From: Macrostomum hystrix
Lineage: Eukaryota; Animalia; Platyhelminthes
Length of the DNA: 64,000 nt
Assembly: GCA_950097015.1 (NCBI GenBank)
Contig: CATNEN010000015.1
Coordinates: forward strand, 1,116,001 to 1,180,000
Direction of reading: 5' to 3'
Below are positions 1-11,058 of this stretch, piece after piece. How positions within the stretch are numbered: the stretch's first letter is position 1; every line of letters starts with the position of its first letter. A model generated the notes under the pieces. The model was not told where the DNA came from and made no database searches. It saw nothing but the letters and a program-made list of their open reading frames with translations. The position numbers and the translations under genes are program-made.

Positions 1-1497
1 GTTTGCAATTTTACAGCTTTTACCTGTGCTTCAACGGATTAGCATCAACGGAGAGACGGACTGAGAATATGGACTCAATCCGATATCTGAAATCACTATC
101 TGATCTATCTGAAAGCAATGATCAGCTCACCCAGCTAATCTCTCTCTGTCTCTCCGCCAATTATAATTGGTTGCTACGCGGTCTCCAGGACTATTGTGCA
201 GTGTTTTGTGTCCCAACTCTGGCCAATGGTTTCCGCCTTATTTAGCTTACTCAATAGTTTTGCGGCTACTCACAGCAGGTGTTCGATTCCTCACCCTGAG
301 CTGAGCCAGCTGCTGCTGCTGCTGTTTCTCACCTCCGCTTAGCAATCCACTTATTTACAGGCTCTGCATCACTTCATTAACTGTAGTATTAAGTAAGGCT
401 CTATTGTTGATTTTATTGTTGCCATGCAAGACTGTCATTGCAAGCATGCTTCTTATACATTAATCTGCTGTGGTTTCCTTTAACTTGCTGATTTTAGTTG
501 CGCAACACTTGTTTCTGAATGCCTCATAAAGTGTCTGGTTGCGCTTTCCTCTCCGTGTCTAGCTGAGTCTCAGAATGGTCTTTGTCACTCTCTATCCGCT
601 ACCCCAGCTGCCTGCTTGGGCCTCAGGTGTTTGCGACTTTGATTAATTATCCGAATACTTTCCTTGATTATCGATTTTAGACTTTGTAGTAATGACAGTT
701 TTATTGGAACTCGCAAACCACCCGCCTAGCCTACTTACTCCTCCATTGGTGAGTAGTGTGACGCGGCTTTTATTGTCTATTCATTCTCAGCGCGACAGAA
801 TGGGAATCATTTTTTCACTTCGGTGCAGTGTTTCAATCAACTGTGTAGCGTCTGTCTGCTGATTAGTGACATTTTAGCCTGTGCTTTATCGATTTGACAT
901 AAAAGTTTTACTCCATTTTACTACTTATATTAGTAGCTAACAACCTGTAAGCCGTGTGTAAATCTAGTAATTGTGTAGCTATAAACTTTTTAGGCCTTGC
1001 TTTTTTTCTTCTGGTTAGGTCTTCTGTGTGCGCAGCGATATTGTCGGTTTTGTTTTACTCAATACCTTTGTGTATTTTAACTGTCCGTTCGGAGACCTGA
1101 GAAATGAATTAGCATCATACTACTGCAGTTTGCGGTGAGTAGTAGGATAAGTGTAGCTTATCACCAGCTTTCCTCAGCGCTTTGGCAGCTGGATCAGTTT
1201 ATTGGCAGCATTGGCTTTCTGATAGACTTTGATTACTGATTTTCCACTCTACCTACTTACCTACTGAGCCTCAGTAGCGTGATGCGCGTGGTTGTCGGTT
1301 TTAATCAAGACAGTATTAGCGTCGTGAGCAGTCGATGATTTGTCAGGTAAATCAGTAAGAGGCTGATTTGTCAGGTAGCATGCACATAAAACGCGAAGAG
1401 GCATACTGGCTCGCTAGCACTTTTGTATTTGGCCAGAAACACTGGGGTGGGCGTACCCACCCCCCAATCACGCCACGCAAGCACGCACGCAGGCGTG

Positions 1498-1617
1498 TTA
1501 TGGTTTCATGAGTTTGCTGCTGAGTTTGGTTTCCGACACACGTGATCGTATCCAGGTTATGCGCAGTCTAATAGAATGGCTGAGAAGGCTGTCAAAGTGG
1601 CGAAGAGCATTCTGCGG
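1498..1617 (+). pseudogene. Ty3/Gypsy integrase core fragment
   Basis: Manual translation FHEFAAEFGFRHT*SYPGYAQSNRMAEKAVKVAKSIL matches the retroelement integrase 'SPxxxQSNGxAExxV' catalytic-Glu region; contains an in-frame stop. An inverted copy lies at 22361-22463. Confidence 0.75.
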
Positions 1618-2816
1618 TAATCGCTTCCCCTAAAAAATTCATGCTAACTCCTCGATATTTAACGCCTTTCTCTAGATAATTCAAGCAACTCAATTGATGA
1701 TAATTGTTTTTCTTCAATAAATCATGGCACATCGTCGATATTTCTAGCTTTCTCTTGGATAATCTGCTTTCCCCTCAACGCCCACCACACAACTGGGGGA
1801 GCTCTGACATTAACTCGAGAGGCGAGGACCTCCTTGCCTACATCTTAACCACGTACCTGGAGTTCTGCAACACAGGGAGCACCCCGACCTTTGACAATGG
1901 CCGGTGGTCTGAGGTCATCGACGCCACTCTAGCCACACCTGAGATTTACCAGAGCCTTAGGGAGTGGCAGGTTCTGCCGGAGACCTCCCTCTCCGATCAC
2001 AAATACATCTCTTTCCAACTGGCGGGTGCACGCTGCACTAACCAGATCACTTGGAAAAGGAACGCTAGGAATACCGATTGGGAAGCCTTCAGGTGTAACT
2101 TCGAAGGAACCCAACGAAACCTAAGCCCCCCCGCCAACACCTGCGATGAGCGGATGAGCTAGCTGAGTTTCTCACCAACTCGCTGACCACCGCCTTCGAG
2201 GCCTCCTGCCCCCTCAAAGCTTACAGAGGCAAAACTTCGGCCCCATGGTGGAATCCGCAGCTCGGCGAGCTCCGTCGAACGGCGAAGCGGCTGCACCGCA
2301 GGGCCACGAAGACTAAAAACTCGGCTGATCAGGCTGCGTATCTTGAAGCCATCCATAGCTTCAAGAAGGAAGTCAGAAACGCCAAAAACAGCAAGTGGCG
2401 GCAATACTGTGGGGAGCTTGAGGGCACTCGCCCCACCTCCAGAATTGTCAAAGCCCTCACGCTGGACAAAATGTCCAAGCTTTCGACGGTGAGGAAGGCC
2501 GATGGCCGACCCACCGAGAACCCTGGGGAAACGCTTGACACCCTGCTCACAGCCTTCTTACCCAGCGTGCCAGCAGGGACAGACCCCCCGGATCACACCG
2601 AGGGAGGTCATATCCTTGCGGTGTCCATCATTACTGAAGACCGGGTTACCAAGGCAGCCCAGTCTTTCAAATCCCCGGGGCCGGACGCATTATACCAGCC
2701 TTCATCCGCGAGGCGGTAAAATGCCAAGGTTTCCTCACAAATCTTTGCAAGCTCCTTAAAGCTTGCATTGTGCTTGGGTATGTTCCGAAGGCATGGACCA
2801 AGGCGAGGGTGGTTTT

Positions 2817-3044
2817 TTTAATAGCTCAAAAACCAAGCTGTGTGAGGTGCGAAGAAAAAGGTGAGCCCTCCAAGTAGGGCGAGGCTGTATTTATATTTTC
2901 GCCTCAACGTGCCACCGATACGATCAACGTGCGCGTGGGGGGCATGTACATAGTGAGCGAGAGTTAGTGATAAATGTACTATTAGTGATATATTAGATTG
3001 ACCGGCAAAGCGATACGTGAGTGCTAGTAGACTACGGCATGACA
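2817..3044 (-). repeat. 3' LTR of the deleted Gypsy element
   Basis: TTTAATAG...CATGACA on the + strand (terminal TG mutated to TT); about 8 substitutions and one ~10-bp indel versus 4530-4747, by eye. Confidence 0.9.
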
Positions 3045-3154
3045 GTCCTCAAGTGGATGAAAAATTATAGGGAATAAAATGAAAGAAGTAGTAGCAGGCA
3101 ACAATAATTGTTTTTAGAACAGTCCTTGAAAATTCAGTCTGTCAATCAAGCAAT

Positions 3155-3688
3155 TTAGGTTCTGCGCAGGTCGGGTCCTCTGCAGTTCCTCTCTGGGTCC
3201 TTCGCCCGCCGTAGGTGGGGACGTGCTGCGACTGGCTCCGCGAGCTCAGGGGCGTCAGGCGGTTCGAGCGGCTGCTGATCGGACTGCTCAGGCTGCCCGG
3301 GCAGCCGCTTGACCTGCGTGGCGTGCCTGCCGGAAGTGCTGACTTCCGGTCCGACTCTCAGCATGCCGAGCTTTGTGCTGGACAACATTCCGAGAATCGG
3401 TGTGCATTTGCTGCTGACGACGCTGAAATCGGCCTGCAATTCGCGGTGGTTCGCTCTGACAGTAAGCGTTGTTTGGCCGGCTGTCTTCAGCGGCTCGCTG
3501 GCACCAAGCGCAAAGACTGTGGTGCTGGACGGCGAAAGCGGCGTGCCGGGCCGGCAGATTCTGTGGAACGTCGCCATGTCCAACACGTTGCAGCTCGCTC
3601 CGCTGTCGATCAGTGTGCGGACCGGACTGCCGTTGATGCTGATGACGAACTTGGCGCAGTCGTCTTTGCCGCTGAGAGTGCAGAACAC
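3155..3688 (-). pseudogene. Gypsy aspartic protease fused to a Pro/Glu-rich tail
   Basis: FVISINGSPVRTLIDSGASCNVL (D-S-G motif) and ILGM flap-end motif; the tail PEPPDAPELAEPVAARPHLRR resembles integrase C-terminal tails. Confidence 0.8.
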
Positions 3689-3749
3689 CTCGTTGGTTGG
3701 TTGGTCGGCTGGCTGGTCCTGCTCGGGCTGCAGTGAGTTAATCTTCGAG

Positions 3750-4508
3750 CAGCTGCTGAGGCAGGCTTTGGCCAGGTGGTTCGCCTTGCCGCAGCTGCTG
3801 CATCGCTTGCCTTGCGCCTTGCTGCAGCTCTTGTGGCCCAGCTCGCCGCACCGGATGCACTTAGCGAATTGCTGCGACTAACGCGAAGTTTCCGGCAGCG
3901 GGTCGCGCTGGCGGCGCAGTTGTGCCACTTCCTCAGAGGCTGCCGCTGTCCTGGTCATGATGGCCGCCTGCTTCTCTGCTGCCTCGTGCGTCCTGGCCAG
4001 CTGGAGTGTCAGACAGGCTGATGTTGGGGATGTTCAGCAGGCGCTTCCTCAGTGAGTCGCTGCGACAGCTGGCCACGATTTGGTCCCTGATGAGCGACTG
4101 GCAGAGACCCTCGAACTTGCAGGCTTCCGAGGCGCTCCACAGTCTGCTGTGCCAAGCGTCTATGCAGGATTCGCCTTCTTCCTGGAGACAGTGGCGAAAC
4201 TGGTATCGAATGAAGACGACGTTGTCGCGGCCATGGAAGTGCGTGCTGAACTGTGCGATCAGCTGGTCGACCGTGAGCTCGGCTGCGGGTTCGCCTTCTG
4301 GTTGCTGCGACTGGGTGGCGATCGGACATTGTACAGGTCGCTCACTTCTTTGCCTGCCGTATACAGAAGGATCTGGCGTTTCTTTGATGCCGGTTGCCGC
4401 CAGGTACCGCAGAATGTTGGGCGACCACTCCTGCCAGCGCTTGCTTAGAGAGTGAGGGTCGTCTCTGATGCTTAAGTGGGCTGGTGGAGGCAGTTGTAGG
4501 AAGGCCAT
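3750..4508 (-). pseudogene. gag: Gypsy gag, frameshifted, with two CCHC knuckles
   Basis: ATG GCC TTC... then FRHCLQEEGE..LIRDQIV..LRKRLL capsid-like region; manual translation of ~3755-3860 gives CIRCGELGHKSC and CSSCGKANHLAKAC. Confidence 0.8.
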
Positions 4509-4511
4509 GGT

Positions 4512-4528
4512 TCGGCCTTGCGGCGCCA
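4512..4528 (-). promoter_or_regulatory. Putative primer-binding site (TGGCGCCGCAAGGCCGA)
   Basis: Begins with TGG one base inside the 5' LTR boundary, complementary to a tRNA 3' CCA end; cognate tRNA not identified. Confidence 0.55.
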
Positions 4529-4529
4529 A

Positions 4530-4747
4530 TGTAATAGCTCAAAAGCCAAGCTGTGTGAGGTGCGAAGAAAAAGGTGAGCCCTTCAAGCAGGGCGAGACTG
4601 TATTTATATTTTCGCCTCAACGTGCCACCGATACGATCAACGTGCGCGTGGGGGGCATGTACATAGTGAGCCAGAGTTAGTGATATATGTACTTATTAGA
4701 TTGACCGGCAAAGCGATACGTGAGTGCTAGTAAACTACGGCATGACA
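4530..4747 (-). repeat. 5' LTR of the deleted Gypsy element
   Basis: TGTAAT...ATGACA termini, 218 bp, direct repeat of 2817-3044. Confidence 0.9.
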
Positions 4748-7105
4748 GTTTTTATCCCCAAGCAAGGCCGCCCGGACTACCATTTCATTAAATCGTTTCG
4801 GCCAATTAGCCTAACCTCCACCATGGTCAAGCAAATGGAGAGATTGGTGCTCTGGCGCCTCCTCTCTGTGGAGCTGAAAAATATGCCACTAAGCGACAAT
4901 CAACACGCCTTTCGGTCGGGACGTTCCACCGAAAGCGCTCTCCACGCTCTGGTGGACGCTCTGGAAAAGGCCGTCCTCGGGAACGGCTTTGCCCTGAGCA
5001 TCTTCCTGGACATTGATGAGGCCTTCGACAACGTTCTCTTCGAGGCGTTTGACAGGGCCCTACGTATGCGGTACACGCATTCGCATCTTAGGAGGTGGAT
5101 CATGTACATGGTCCGCTACCGCACTGCAACGGCACACCTTGTTGGACGCCAGCGGACGGTCGCTGTCTGCAAAGGTAGCCCACAAGGCGGCGTCTTCTCA
5201 CCAGTTCTCTGGAACATGGTTATCGACGAGCTCTTACGAGACTCTCAGCCAGACCCCATCCTTTAGGTCGGCTACGGGGATGATGTTACGGCAGTGGCAT
5301 CTGCCCGGTACCAGAGGCCCTCCGAGACCTTCTGCAAAACTTTATTAACAACGCCGAAAGATGGGCAACTCGCTGCGGTCTGAAGCTCTCCGAGTCTAAG
5401 ACAGCGGCGATCATGTTCACCAGTAAAAACACATGTCATATTCGCCCCCTACAGCTGTATGGAAAGGACATCACCTTCCAGAAGCAAATTAAATGCTTGG
5501 TCATAACGCTCGATCACAGGCTCAGCTGGACTCATCATGTCCATGCTAAAGGCAAAAAGGCCTTTGCGATCCTGGCGCAGCTGGGTAGGGCGGTGGGCAA
5601 CACGTGGGGTCTCACCCCCAAACGCCTATGGTGGATCTACACTGCTATGGTCAGACCGGCTGTCTCGTACGCCGGACTGATTTGGGCTAGTGCCCTGCAG
5701 CTTAAGACCTGCCATGAGACTCTTCAGAGAGTGCAAGGTCGCGCATGTCGGATAATCATGAGCGCCCCGCCATCCGCCCTCCTTCGATGGCCTCAGCGCC
5801 TTCCTGAACATCCTCCCGCTTGAAATCTTTATCCGCCGTGAGGCGGCAAAAACCGGCCGGCGTCTCCTTGATGCCGGTGTGCGCTTCGTCCCCCAACGAG
5901 CGGCAGCGAAACGAAAGCTCCTGCCGCACACGGACCATTGCCTGAGAGATTTGGATTTGCCTGAGAGCAACGGAATCAATGTCCTCACGGACGGTGAACC
6001 GTGCACGCTCAACCTCCTTCAGCGCTTCAAGGTTCTCATCCCCACCAGGGACCAAGTTAGCGACCACTGGAACACTCAGGAGGTCCACTGCTACACGGAC
6101 GGATCCATGAAGAATGGCTCCGCTGGCTTCGGGGTCTGTATCCTTATCAACGGACGTGTTGTCGCCACACACGCCCAACACACTGGAAAATCCTGGAGCG
6201 TTTTCCAGAACGAGGTCCTGGCCATCAGCTCCTGCGCTGCGGAGTTGAATGAGAAAAAAATCTCAGGCAGGACTATCATCTTTCGCTCGGACAGTCAGGC
6301 TGCTCTGCAAGCCCTCTGTCACATCACCACAACCTCCCGGACAGTATCCGACTGTGTCCGGCAGCTCAATAACCTGGCCGGTAAGAATACCGTCAGACTC
6401 CAGTGGATACCAGGGCACGCCGGTTTCCCTGGAAACGAGCTTGCTGACTACCTGGCCAAGCAGGGAGGAGCCAGCTCTGCGCCGGGCCCCTCCCCACCCG
6501 GCTCCGATTCCGAGCACCGTCATTTATCGTCAGATTAATGATTGGACTGCCAACCTCCATCTTACCCGGTGGAGAAGCATCACTAACTGCCGCCAATCCA
6601 AAGCGGCAGTTCCAGTGCCATCCACTCGGCTCTGGAAGGTCCTTCTAAACCAGACCCGGAAGGACATCCGGGCCCTCACTATGACCCTTACGGGCCATGG
6701 CTGTTACGCCAGACACTGTTTCCTCCGGGGAGACCTCCGGAGTGAGCTGTGCCTGTTCTGCAACCTTGAGGACGAGGATGCCCTGCACTTCGTTCGTCAC
6801 TGCCCTTTCTTAACCAGAGAGAGGCTTAATCACATCGGACCAAACCCATCCATGGACGACGTTTGCAGATCCGAAAACATCCCACGGCTCGTCCGGTTCC
6901 TAAGGGCTACCAGACGAGCCTCTTTCTTCCCCAGCGAGGAACAAGCTGCAGGAAGGACCGAACACGGACCTCCCTGACTGGCCCCGCGCCATCGGCCGAT
7001 TGCGGGTCTTTCAGGGATTAGCGGAATGGGCGATTCCCGCCTCCCCGCTGTGTCCGTCGGACCGCCCTGCAGATAAGTCAAGTAAGTTAAGGCGCCATTA
7101 GTAAT

Positions 7106-8305
7106 TTGACACGCCTCAGTAGCTGTGCTTTACTCGTCGAAGGTGCCAAGCCGAAGTTCTGCCGGGCTCGTGCAGTACCCATTGCCATAGAGGAGCAAGT
7201 CAATGCGGAGCTGGACCGCTTGCAACAGCTAGGAATAATTGAACCAATCGAGGGGCCCGTGAGCGACGCATCGCCCGTCCTACGGGTAAAGAAAAAGGAT
7301 GGGACGTTGCGCATGTGCGCCGACTACAGCGTGTACATCAATGAAAAAATCAAATCCGACTCACACCCAATCCCAAATGTGAAGGTCATGTTCTCTCGCT
7401 CGAAGAACGCCAAGGTCTTCGCTACGGTGGACCTTCGCCCTGCCTGTTGGCAGATTGAACTGGAAGAAGCAGCACGAGACCTGTCCATCATCAACACGTC
7501 TCGCGGTTTATATTGGGTCAACAGATTGCAAATGGGGATGAAGAACGCTTCGTTCATCTTCCAGAGAACCATGGAGGCCATCCTAGCCGACATCAAGGGA
7601 TTATATTTCTATCAAGATGACATCCTGGTTCATGCCCCAGATGCCGCTGCCCTGGAAAAGCGACTGTCCGCGGTGCGAACGCGCCTTGCCGAAAAGCGAG
7701 TCACAGTCAACGAGTCGAAATGCGTCAACTACAGCGATTCGATATCCTTTCTAGGGTTCAAAATCTCAGCCGCTGGAATTCAGCCCGACGAACGGTTGGT
7801 CGAGAAAGTCAAGCAAGTGTCCGTCCCTTCGAACAAATCGGAACTAGCCAGCTTTCTTGGACTAGTAAATTTCTTTGGGAGGCTCATCCCGAACTTCGCC
7901 GGAAAGACTGCACCGCTAAACGAGTTAAGAAAGGCCAACGTTTCCTTTAAGTGGTCGAATGAATGCTGCCAGGCTTTTGAGAGTCTCAAAGCTGAAATCG
8001 CGAGCGCTCCAATTGTGCAACCTTACAGCCTTTCTAAGGAATTGACGCTTACAACGGATGCTTCAAAACATTCCATAGCAGCCGTCATTACCCAGGAACG
8101 GCATCCCGTCATTTACATATCAAGTACGCTGTCATCGGCTGAATCAGGTTATTATAACATCGAACGTGAAGCCCTAGCCATTTTTGGCCGTTTCACGACT
8201 GAAGCACTTCCTCCATGGCCGTCACTTTACCATCCACACCGATCACCAGCCTTTGACTCGACTTTTCCCTGGAGGTATTCCGCTCAACACGTCTGCCAGG
8301 ATTAA
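7106..8305 (+). pseudogene. pol: Ty3/Gypsy pol fragment (RT plus N-terminal RNase H)
   Basis: PKFCRARAVP, VKKKDGTLRMCADY, RLQMGMKNAS, YQDDILV, FLGLVNFF, LTTDAS..IAAVI, YNIEREALA; truncated at both ends, no LTRs found. Confidence 0.9.
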
Positions 8306-8337
8306 CTAACTAACTAACTAAATAAATAAATAAATAA
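8303..8337 (+). repeat. (TAAC)n(TAAA)n microsatellite
   Basis: Visible run ttaactaactaactaactaaataaataaataaataa. Confidence 0.85.
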
Positions 8338-8340
8338 GCT

Positions 8341-8500
8341 AGCTGTCTCATCGTGCTCTCGGTCGTCGTTAGCTGTCTCGTCGTGCTCTCGGTCGTCGCT
8401 GGTTGTCTCTTCGTGCTATCGGTCGTCGCTGGCTGTCTCTTCGTGCCCTCGGTCGCCGCCGGCTGCCTCTTCGTGCTATCGGTCGTCGCTGGCGGTCTCT
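8341..8500. repeat. 30-bp minisatellite, about 5 copies
   Basis: Unit like GGCTGTCTCTTCGTGCTATCGGTCGTCGCT repeated with substitutions. Confidence 0.85.
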
Positions 8501-8732
8501 GGAAGTTCTCTACAGTCACGCGAGATTTGGGTTCACTGAAGTCTAAGCGGTGTAGCGGCCTATATTTTCAATATAAATACTCTGCTCAGGTCGGAATTTT
8601 TTTGCTAGCACGTTCATAGTTCTTTGATTTAGCTCGTAGCTTAGAATTCTGCAACCCTCATCTATCAAACCTGCTTCCCAATATTCGTCGCCCTTTCATT
8701 ATTCTGTTTAATTGTGGGGCTGATTCGTGGTC

Positions 8733-9753
8733 ATGGCGTTAGAAGATTTAAAGAAAGATCGAGCGGTGATGCGTCGGTCTGTATCGATGTTGGTGGACAA
8801 GGCGCAGGTGGTCATGTCAGCGAAAGAAATCAAAAGTTCGGATGATGATTCGGAGCATGTTAAGCTTCCTGAATTATAAGAAGGGACGACAGAAAGTCAA
8901 GTCTGTCCTTAAAACATGCAACACGTGCATACGTCTTCAAGGCCTGCCGTACAAGATCTCCCAAAGAGCGCAGTTACCTACGTCCCGCGCGTCACCGGGC
9001 AGGGCCTTCCAGCATAATCGAGGTGTACCATCGATTATCTCTGACAACTTCAAAACCTTCCATACGACGGCCAGGCTACTAGATGCAGAAGAAACTCCAT
9101 TACGGACTCAAGCAGGTCAAGATTTTCTGAGCAGCCGCCGAGTCACCTGGACATTTATTCCCGAGCGAGCTCCATGGATGGGAGGCTTCTACGAGAAACT
9201 GATCGGCGTAGTGAAATCCGTAATTAAGAAGACAACCGGAAGGGCGTTCCTGACCTTCGAGGAGCTTTCGACAGCAATCTGTGAGGCGGAAGCAGTTGTA
9301 AACTCAAGACCGCTTGGCTTTGTGTCTTCCAGCGAGCAATCAGAAGTCATCACGCCTGGCCATTTTCTGGTCCTGCGCCGCCTGACAAAAGAACCAGAGG
9401 AAGAAGCGCAAGTTTCCATGGTCCTGCCGCTTCCTGAAAAGCTCCGAAAGTCCAGACATTTACTGAACAAGTTCTGGAAGGAGTGGCAAGCACAGAAAAT
9501 TTTGGCCCTCCGTGAGCGATCAGTCAAAGACGGTCGAACATCGAATCCGGAAATACGACCTGATGACTTAGTGTTCGTGATGGATGCCGGTTTGCCAAGA
9601 CTTCAATGGAAGCTTGCGGTTGTCGAAGCGGTGCACTAGGGTCGCGATGGAATCGCCCGCTCATGCCTACTGCGGTTAGCCAGTTCTCAAAGTGGTCGAG
9701 CGGCCACGCATCTTCGACGGCCAGTGAAGTTGCTAGTACCTCTGGAAGTCTGA
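8733..9753 (+). pseudogene. Internally deleted BEL/Pao retrotransposon remnant: putative gag N-terminus joined to integrase and C-terminal domain
   Basis: CNTC, ISDNFKTF, WTFIPERAPWMGGFYEKLIGVVK, EAEAVVNSRPL, ITPGHFL, FWKEW, LQWKLAVV..*GRDGIARS..RRPVKLLVPLE are typical BEL/Pao integrase/DUF5641-type motifs. ATG at 8733 starts MALEDLKKDRAVMRRSV (gag-like, tentative). Stop at 9637-9639. Confidence 0.82.
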
Positions 9754-9887
9754 CGTGTCGCTGGTGGTATTTCGCTCTGTTGCTATAGCTGCGTCTAGTC
9801 GGTTTTCCTGTGTTTTTTGTCGGTGCTGGTGGCGTTTAGGCGGTTTTCGTTAGCTATCGGTGGCTGTGTGTGTCGTTCGGTGGTCGT

Positions 9888-10434
9888 TCAGTCGGTTGGT
9901 TGATGGTTTTCGGTCGGTTGGTTTTCAGTCGGTTGGTTGATGGTTTTCAGTCGGTTGGTTTTCAGCCGGTTGGTTGATGGTTTTCAGTCGGTTGGTTGAT
10001 GGTTTTCAGTCGGTTGGTTGATGGTTTTCAGTCGGTTGGTTGATGGTTTTCAGTCGGTTGGTTGATGGTTTTCAGTCGGTTGGTTGATGGTTTTCAGTCG
10101 GTTGGTTGATGGTTTTCAGTCGGTTGGTTGATGGTTTTCAGTCGGTTGGTTGATGGTTTTCAGTCGGTTGGTTTTCAGCCGGTTGGTTGATGGTTTTCAG
10201 TCGGTTGGTTGATGGTTTTCAGTCGGTTGGTTGATGGTTTTCAGTCGGTTGGTTGATGGTTTTCAGTCGGTTGGTTTTCAGCCGGTTGGTTGATGGTTTT
10301 CAGTCGGTTGGTTGATGGTTTTCAGCCGGTTGGTTGATGGTTTTCAGTCGGTTGGTTGATGGTTTTCAGTCGGTTGGTTGATGGTTTTCAGTCGGTTGGT
10401 TGATGGTTTTCAGTCGGTTGGTTGATGGTTTTCA
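9888..10434. repeat. 22-bp minisatellite (GGTTTTCAGTCGGTTGGTTGAT)n, about 25 units
   Basis: Directly visible; occasional 15-bp units lacking GGTTGAT, often followed by a CAGCC variant. Confidence 0.95.
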
Positions 10435-11058
10435 TGGCCCCCCAGCCCCCCAGCCACCCCCCGCAAGGTCTCACGCCCCAGCGCCAACGCACATAACTCA
10501 TACAACGCAGAACAGGCATACAAAGGTAGGAGCGAAGCTATTTTTCAAGCTTTGATTGCACGAAATATGGTGCACCTCCGCCGGTCGCTACTGCCCAAAC
10601 CCCCCCCCCAACAAGTACCGAAATTAATCGTGACCTGAAGGGTGAATCGAGCTAGCGTCCTTCGGAGTGCGAGGCAGCGACGTTAGCCGCTGACCCACTC
10701 GCCCCTGATTATCGTGCTTCTACGGTTGTTGTTCATTTCGCAGTCCGATGTTTTAGCGGCGGCGGCAATGTTAGCTTTTTTTCTTGCGGTACTTTTCCTT
10801 TTGTGAAATGACCTTGACCTCAATCGCTTGGGTCATTGGGGGAGTGTGGCGGAAAAGTATATTTTTTATTCAGCCCAAATGGCCATTGTGCATTAAGTGA
10901 AAGCCGACTCACCTTTCACCCCGCTCCGCCCTGTCATGCAAAGTACATCTGCTCGTGCCCTGGGCACCCTCCCCCACGCGTTTATTTCTCTTCGCTTTAT
11001 CTAAAAAAATTACGTCAAACCAGCGGCACAGCGCGCGCTTGCTTTCTCTCAACAAACC

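Larger units (their letters stand above)
2817..4747 (-). mobile_element. Non-autonomous (internally deleted) Ty3/Gypsy LTR retrotransposon, 1,931 bp, with 5-bp TSD GTTTT
   Basis: Direct LTRs at 2817-3044 and 4530-4747; GTTTT at 2812-2816 and 4748-4752. Removing the element restores the LINE frame (R-V-V-F-I-P-K). Internal minus-strand gag, two zinc knuckles and a protease; no RT, RNase H or integrase core. Confidence 0.92.
1777..7090 (+). mobile_element. 5'-truncated, decayed non-LTR retrotransposon (LINE, I-group, LOA/I-like) with APE endonuclease, RT, RNase H and C-terminal CCHC; interrupted by the LTR element at 2817-4747
   Basis: APE: NAHH..WGSSDINSRGEDL...VIDATL...SLSDHKYI (1777-2030). 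RT: VFIPKQG..FRPISLTS, QHAFRSGRST, FLDIDEAFDNV, PQGGVFSPVLWN, YGDD after a TAG at 5264-5266. RNase H: YTDGS...EVLAI...SDSQAAL...WIPGHAGFPGNELADYLAK (~6090-6460). C-terminus LTGHG..CLFC-x8-H-x4-C, stop 6977. TAAG-like tail ~7073-7090. Multiple frameshifts. Confidence 0.9.

Noticed and set aside
3-1440. ORF 3-245 and surrounding sequence as a gene
   Set aside because: Non-ATG start, no recognisable motif and no consistent exon structure found.
4530-4680. LTR + strand translating as ..EPFKQGETVFIFSP.., reminiscent of an integrase C-terminal motif
   Set aside because: The similarity is short and low-information and is antisense to the element; it cannot be distinguished from chance.
1498-8305. 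Integrase fragment (1.5 kb) and RT fragment (7.1-8.3 kb) as one Gypsy element split by the LINE
   Set aside because: The order would be integrase before RT, contrary to Gypsy organisation, and satellite-like DNA separates the integrase piece from the LINE.
10913-11058. Apparent 146-nt exon with a good acceptor and a GTGAGT donor after the duplicated exon
   Set aside because: It is not homologous to exon 3, and the incoming phase gives a stop after two codons; it is open only in a different frame.
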